Below are positions 45,855 to 50,393 of a stretch of DNA of 50,393 nt, one piece after another. A program made the translations under genes and the position numbers. The notes beneath the pieces are model-generated. The model was not told the origin of the DNA, made no database searches, and saw only the letters and a list, made by a program, of their open reading frames with translations. The DNA is taken from the IMG/VR virus record IMGVR_UViG_3300023443_001574, positions 1 to 50,393 of that record; one strand, written 5' to 3'. Source of the DNA: a virus (taxonomy: Duplodnaviria; Caudoviricetes). Each line of letters starts with the position of its first letter. Positions within the stretch are counted from its first letter, which is position 1.

Positions 45855-46343
45855 ATGGTTAATGTCAATGCCAAAATAGATAGAACCTGGAGAATCGATG
45901 GGGTTGTCTCAATTCTTGCTGCAGCACTTACCAAAACATACATTTTCGTCCAAGGGTTGACAACGGTTTGGGACTCTGGGACATATGAAAGAGATAGTAT
46001 TGGAGACGGAACATCAGTTTTTACTCAAAATGGAGATGTAATAGGCACTTTTAGTTTTCTAATGAAAAACACAGTTGATTTAATGCAACTTGATTCTGGA
46101 GTAGAGAATGATAGTTTTCTTTCCAATTGGCTAAAAAATCATGCAAAACAAGCTCCTACAGAAGTTCAATTCACTCAAACCTTTACAGCCAGGAAACAAA
46201 CGGTAGATCCTCAAGCTAGACTGGTATTCACTGGAAGAATAATGAAACCAGAAATTAGTCAGTTGGTAGATGTTGCAATTGATGATGTAGTCATTGATGG
46301 AGAAATAATAGCACTACTCAACGCAGAGAGATTAGATGTCTAG
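45855..46343 (+). CDS. Putative major tail tube protein
   Basis: 162 aa, beta-rich (GTFSF, VFTGRI), with its own late motif. Confidence 0.5.
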   Translation: MVNVNAKIDRTWRIDGVVSILAAALTKTYIFVQGLTTVWDSGTYERDSIGDGTSVFTQNGDVIGTFSFLMKNTVDLMQLDSGVENDSFLSNWLKNHAKQAPTEVQFTQTFTARKQTVDPQARLVFTGRIMKPEISQLVDVAIDDVVIDGEIIALLNAERLDV

Positions 46344-46348
46344 ATATT

Positions 46349-46864
46349 ATGCAATTAAAATTAAAATTTGAATCAATAGAGGATATCAAGGAATTCAGTT
46401 CAAAGACTCAAAGATTAAAACTTCAGCTTTTACAATTCCAGGCAAAAACAATTAATGAACTTGCAGTAAACCTGACACTGACAAGAATTCACAACAAGAT
46501 GAGAGCTGCCGGATTTTCACAAAAAATTATTGATGGAACCGTTCTAGCTTCTATAGAAATACGCGGTTCAAAAAAAGTACGATTGATTTTCAAATCAGAA
46601 TATTTTTCTGAAACTGGTTTTGATGTAGCGTTGGGCAGGGAAGAAGGAACAGATGACCATTTCATAAAACCAGTATTCAAAAAAGCATTACATGGTGGAG
46701 ATGATTGGCCATTCTTTTCAAAAGGCCATGAAGTTAGCGCAATAGTTGCACTATTCATTATGAAAATCACCGTCAAAGAAACTCAGGAGCCATTCCAGGA
46801 TGAATATCGAAAGCGATTGATGAACTGGTATGCTGCAAATCTTGGAGGGATAGTAGTTGGTTGA
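46349..46864 (+). CDS. HK97 gp10-like neck/tail component
   Basis: EEGTDDHFIKPVFKKAL...FFSKGHEV pattern. Confidence 0.55.
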   Translation: MQLKLKFESIEDIKEFSSKTQRLKLQLLQFQAKTINELAVNLTLTRIHNKMRAAGFSQKIIDGTVLASIEIRGSKKVRLIFKSEYFSETGFDVALGREEGTDDHFIKPVFKKALHGGDDWPFFSKGHEVSAIVALFIMKITVKETQEPFQDEYRKRLMNWYAANLGGIVVG

Positions 46865-47552
46865 TGAGTTTTTCGATATTGATTTAGAATCAGACTTTAC
46901 TAATCTGGATAAGCTAGACCGCATGTCAAAAAAGGCTGTTGTATCTCTTGAGAAACAACGCAAAGCGTTAGAAAAAGCTCAACAGCAAAGAGAGAAAGGA
47001 GGAGGAATCTTTGGTCCTGGCGCAATTCCAAAAGGTGCAGGAGGACCAAAAGACATTGCACGATTATCAAAACAGGATCTAAAAACCGAAAAGAAAATTG
47101 CCCGAATCATGGAAAAAGTCAGAAAAGCAGAAGTAAAACAACTTGGCAAGAGAAAAGGATTTCTTGGTCAACTTTTTGGTGGCAAGTCAGCAAAGAATCT
47201 TTTCGATATTGGCAAAAATCCTGTGCAATTCATGAGTACAATCATGAAGTCAATTAAAATTCTTGGACCAATCTTGACTGCCGTTGCAATTGCAAAATTC
47301 ATTGTCGATGAATTGATAAAGATTGACAAATTTCTCAAGAAGTTTATTGATGTTGCAGATGCCAGGATAAACAAATTTAGAACATTGCAAGATCAAGCAA
47401 ATGTCCAGGCTGGATTAGAGCAAAGAATCTATACTTCAGCTTCCGGCACTTTAGATCCTAGAGAATCTTACAACACGTTTGAGATATTCAACAGAAACCA
47501 GGGAGAGATTGAAACTCAATACGCATTACAAAATACCAGTGGAGTGGAATGA
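46857..47552 (+). CDS. Short tape-measure-like protein
   Basis: Helical, G/K-rich with a hydrophobic segment (ILGPILTAVAIAKF); position before hub genes. Confidence 0.45.
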   Translation: MVDEFFDIDLESDFTNLDKLDRMSKKAVVSLEKQRKALEKAQQQREKGGGIFGPGAIPKGAGGPKDIARLSKQDLKTEKKIARIMEKVRKAEVKQLGKRKGFLGQLFGGKSAKNLFDIGKNPVQFMSTIMKSIKILGPILTAVAIAKFIVDELIKIDKFLKKFIDVADARINKFRTLQDQANVQAGLEQRIYTSASGTLDPRESYNTFEIFNRNQGEIETQYALQNTSGVE

Positions 47553-48077
47553 TTGGCAACAATTAGGGTATTCCGATTGACTCTTGCTGGAGATACCAAT
47601 AGCACAGAGTTTATTGATTTCAATGGAATCACTAAAGCATTACAACAAACAGATATTGAAAATGCATTCATTACAGAAATTAAACGACTGCCATCAGATG
47701 GAGTTGGAAACAATCAAGGCGCTGAACTTCCACTTGGAAACCAACAAGCTTTAGGCCAAGTAGAGGACGTCTACATTATCACTGGCTACATTTCCAAAAG
47801 GAATGGAAATTCGAATAATGGGCTCAATGCCTTTTTGACCACATTGAAATTATGGGAAGATGGTTCGAAAAAAATCAAAGGAGTTTGGGAACTCGGAAGA
47901 TTTGGAATTATAGTAAATGATGACCACTCAAAAGATTTGGAACCTGATGGAGCTGGGGTTCCTGCAAATCTGACAAAGGCATTACTTTGGGAAAAGATAG
48001 AGTACAGATCTGATTTCAAAGGCAATAGAGAACATTTCGTACTCTTCTTCCGTGTGAACAAAGGGGACGGCACGTAG
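47553..48077 (+). CDS. Putative distal tail/hub protein
   Basis: Position between the tape-measure-like gene and the large tail-tip gene. Confidence 0.45.
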   Translation: MATIRVFRLTLAGDTNSTEFIDFNGITKALQQTDIENAFITEIKRLPSDGVGNNQGAELPLGNQQALGQVEDVYIITGYISKRNGNSNNGLNAFLTTLKLWEDGSKKIKGVWELGRFGIIVNDDHSKDLEPDGAGVPANLTKALLWEKIEYRSDFKGNREHFVLFFRVNKGDGT

Positions 48078-50393
48078 TTGGGAAAATTTGCTGAACTCAA
48101 TGATATTCTTGTTATTCTAAAAGATCACTCCGGAGACCCAGGAGCTGACGTAAATGGAGACTTTGACTTATCAACAAAATGGACCGTGATAGAATACAAA
48201 GATGAAGTTCCACAATCTGTTAGGATAGTCTTCAATGCAGACTATGGAAGATTTCTGACCAGGGCCCCAAAAATCAAAAAGAGAGACAGAATATTTGTCA
48301 GAATTACAGAGAAGGATGGCACTATCACGGAAGATGTTTTTCATGTTAGAAAGATAAAGCGAAAGCGTATCCAGGGAGTTGGATTGGGTCTGGAAGTTAT
48401 GTGTCCTCATCAATCTGAGAATCATTGGAAAAAGACAGTCTCCTTTAAGAAACGTGGAAAGAGAATATCTGGAAACAGAGCAATAGAAATTTCAATTGCT
48501 GATCTAAATGCGAATAAAGCTGTCAAAGATCCGACAATAGAAATTCCATCTACATTTGACCAAGTGAAAAAACTTGGAAATCGATTTGACAAGAATACTT
48601 CGAACAATTACTTTTTCGAATCAGTCAAACTCGAAACAGCAATTTCTGAAATAAAGGATATTGAATCTCAACCAGTGGAAGGAGGAGGTTCCTTTGAACC
48701 AATGTATGTTAGATTCAAATCAAAATACAATCATGTTCCTCCTGGAGTAGACTTGGACACAGTGGTCCTGCAAGCTTTCGAGCAAGGATTCAAAGACAAC
48801 TCAGGAGTTTTCAATAGTACTCCTAGTACTACACTGGTTCATCCAACAATTGAATCCGGGGACAGGCCAAACATTCTCTCAATGGATTCAGATGAAGATC
48901 CGGAACAAGGAACTAATCTTGTTGCAATTGGAGACAAAACCTCTGGCAGTTTCACTAGAGAATGGATGTTGTATGTAGGTGCAAGAGAAGTATTTGATAA
49001 TCCTAGAACCTGGGATTCAACAGCTAATTACAAAGAAGGCCATCTGGTAAAAGACGATGACGGAAAAAGATACGAAGCATTGGGGTTCACTAACAATGAC
49101 AAACCTTCTGCAAGTCCATTATTTTGGATTGAAAGAACTTTCACAAAACCAGCTCAATGGCTCGTTGCTACAGCTTACAGCAGATTTGATCTAGTCAAAA
49201 ACAATGATATCGCATACAAAGCACTTCAAGCTCATACCTCAAGCGCAGCAGATGAACCTGGAAAAGATGATACTTTTTGGATACGAATTAGCTTTGCCCC
49301 AACTGTGGATTATTCTCCACTGACCAAAGACAAAGTTCAATATTTCGTTAATGCTCTTGCTGGAGCAAAACATGCAGCAACCAATAATTCCAAGACTGCA
49401 ATAATAGACCCGAATGTAATAATTGAGGATGCGCTACATCCAAGAACTTTCGTAAGATATGTCAACACAGACCCTAGTTTGATTCCGGCAGAGCTCAAAG
49501 TAGGTGGAAATATTCCAGACGCATTTAGAATGTTGGTTATCAATCCGGCCACTGGAGTGGAAACAGGAGCTGGGGATTTTGCCGGAAATGACCCGGCAGG
49601 AATTGCGTTTGCTGGCAATGTCGCTGAGTTTGTAGATGATGACAATGACGGAACAGGCTTCTGGAGAGTCTTCAAAGGAAGAGTTACTGCACAGGATCAA
49701 GAAGTCTTTGATTGGTTTGAAAGTGATTCTTGGATCAAGAAACCATGTGAAGGAGGAACATCTTATGTTGATGGAGCTGGAACTTGTGTAATTGGTTCAC
49801 GTAATGTTAATTGGGTCAAAGGAGCTTACAGATTAACTGAAGTTTTGTTTGTAGGAAAAGTTGGAAGATTCTTTTCTGCAGGACAGTTTGAGTGTGTCCA
49901 CTCTGTAAAATGGGATTCAACAAACTTGAGAGTTGATATGGGCAACGAAAAGATAATCGAAGAACTTGAGTCTGCCACATCAGCAGTCTTCATCAAGTCA
50001 GCTCCATTGGACATAACCAGGACCTTTCCATTCTTTGTCGGATTTAATTTTCATGCTATGCATCCATTCACGTCTAACGCAATACCATTCGGAGCAGTTA
50101 CAATTGGAGAGAAAATTAAGCATCCAACTATGGACTTGAACAACATGGATTTGACACATCTTCTCAAATCAGAATGGTTTGGACCAGGAGTAGAAGATTA
50201 CTATCCACTCCAGGCTATTCTTGCATGGATGAAACTCTCAATCAATGACTCAGTCTTAGGATTTTTTGATCCACTTGACGGTGATTTCAAAATTGGAATT
50301 TCATTGTCTGACAGAAATGACAACACAATGATAATAGAATACACTCACAGCAGAAATTCCAAGGTATTGCCATTAGAAGGTCTACTTTCAAAA
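47804..50393. repeat. Right copy of imperfect terminal direct repeat
   Basis: Colinear with 1-2590. Confidence 0.97.
48078..50393 (+). CDS. Second allele of the tail-tip protein 275..3169 (truncated by window end)
   Basis: TTG GGA AAA TTT start, colinear with allele 1, no stop seen. Confidence 0.88.
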   Translation, partial: MGKFAELNDILVILKDHSGDPGADVNGDFDLSTKWTVIEYKDEVPQSVRIVFNADYGRFLTRAPKIKKRDRIFVRITEKDGTITEDVFHVRKIKRKRIQGVGLGLEVMCPHQSENHWKKTVSFKKRGKRISGNRAIEISIADLNANKAVKDPTIEIPSTFDQVKKLGNRFDKNTSNNYFFESVKLETAISEIKDIESQPVEGGGSFEPMYVRFKSKYNHVPPGVDLDTVVLQAFEQGFKDNSGVFNSTPSTTLVHPTIESGDRPNILSMDSDEDPEQGTNLVAIGDKTSGSFTREWMLYVGAREVFDNPRTWDSTANYKEGHLVKDDDGKRYEALGFTNNDKPSASPLFWIERTFTKPAQWLVATAYSRFDLVKNNDIAYKALQAHTSSAADEPGKDDTFWIRISFAPTVDYSPLTKDKVQYFVNALAGAKHAATNNSKTAIIDPNVIIEDALHPRTFVRYVNTDPSLIPAELKVGGNIPDAFRMLVINPATGVETGAGDFAGNDPAGIAFAGNVAEFVDDDNDGTGFWRVFKGRVTAQDQEVFDWFESDSWIKKPCEGGTSYVDGAGTCVIGSRNVNWVKGAYRLTEVLFVGKVGRFFSAGQFECVHSVKWDSTNLRVDMGNEKIIEELESATSAVFIKSAPLDITRTFPFFVGFNFHAMHPFTSNAIPFGAVTIGEKIKHPTMDLNNMDLTHLLKSEWFGPGVEDYYPLQAILAWMKLSINDSVLGFFDPLDGDFKIGISLSDRNDNTMIIEYTHSRNSKVLPLEGLLSK

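Noticed and set aside
44992-48080. Genome-wide stop-codon reassignment (TAG)
   Set aside because: All three stop codons occur at such junctions, core genes are intact under the standard code, and no suppressor tRNA is seen.
1-50393. Integrated provirus, or auxiliary metabolic genes such as amoC
   Set aside because: No integrase, att-adjacent tRNA, flanking host genes or recognisable metabolic genes in the window.

Overview
This window is an apparently complete genome of an archaeal head-tail virus (Caudoviricetes) with a unit length of 47,803 bp. Positions 1-2590 recur at 47804-50393 as a diverged, indel-free second copy. A Nitrososphaerota (Nitrosopumilus-like) host is inferred from archaeal-type RadA, MCM and Hjc, ribbon-helix-helix (RHH) regulators, low GC and frequent TTG starts. 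Almost all genes lie on the + strand. Gene order: tail-tip and fibre genes; a membrane, secreted-protein and metalloprotease block; a palindrome-rich intergenic region; a recombination/replication module (ssDNA-annealing protein, RadA, DUF559 nuclease, MCM, two methyltransferases, HerA-like ATPase, Hjc); a dense array of Cys/His microproteins with structured intergenic elements; terminase, portal, protease-scaffold and capsid; then neck and tail genes. I found no integrase, DNA polymerase, primase, reverse transcriptase, CRISPR array or canonical tRNA. The most notable signals are: (i) a 64-bp symmetric bidirectional promoter whose 24-nt core is reused upstream of the replication operon; (ii) a pyrimidine-rich putative late-promoter motif that also marks a nested scaffold gene; (iii) an in-frame 23-bp direct repeat that could swap the N-terminal head of a 33x20-aa repeat fibre protein; (iv) hypervariable chitin-binding-type modules that differ between the two terminal copies; (v) a matrixin protease in a lysis-like position; (vi) about 20 Zn-finger-like microproteins. 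All calls come from motif recognition by eye, without database searches.
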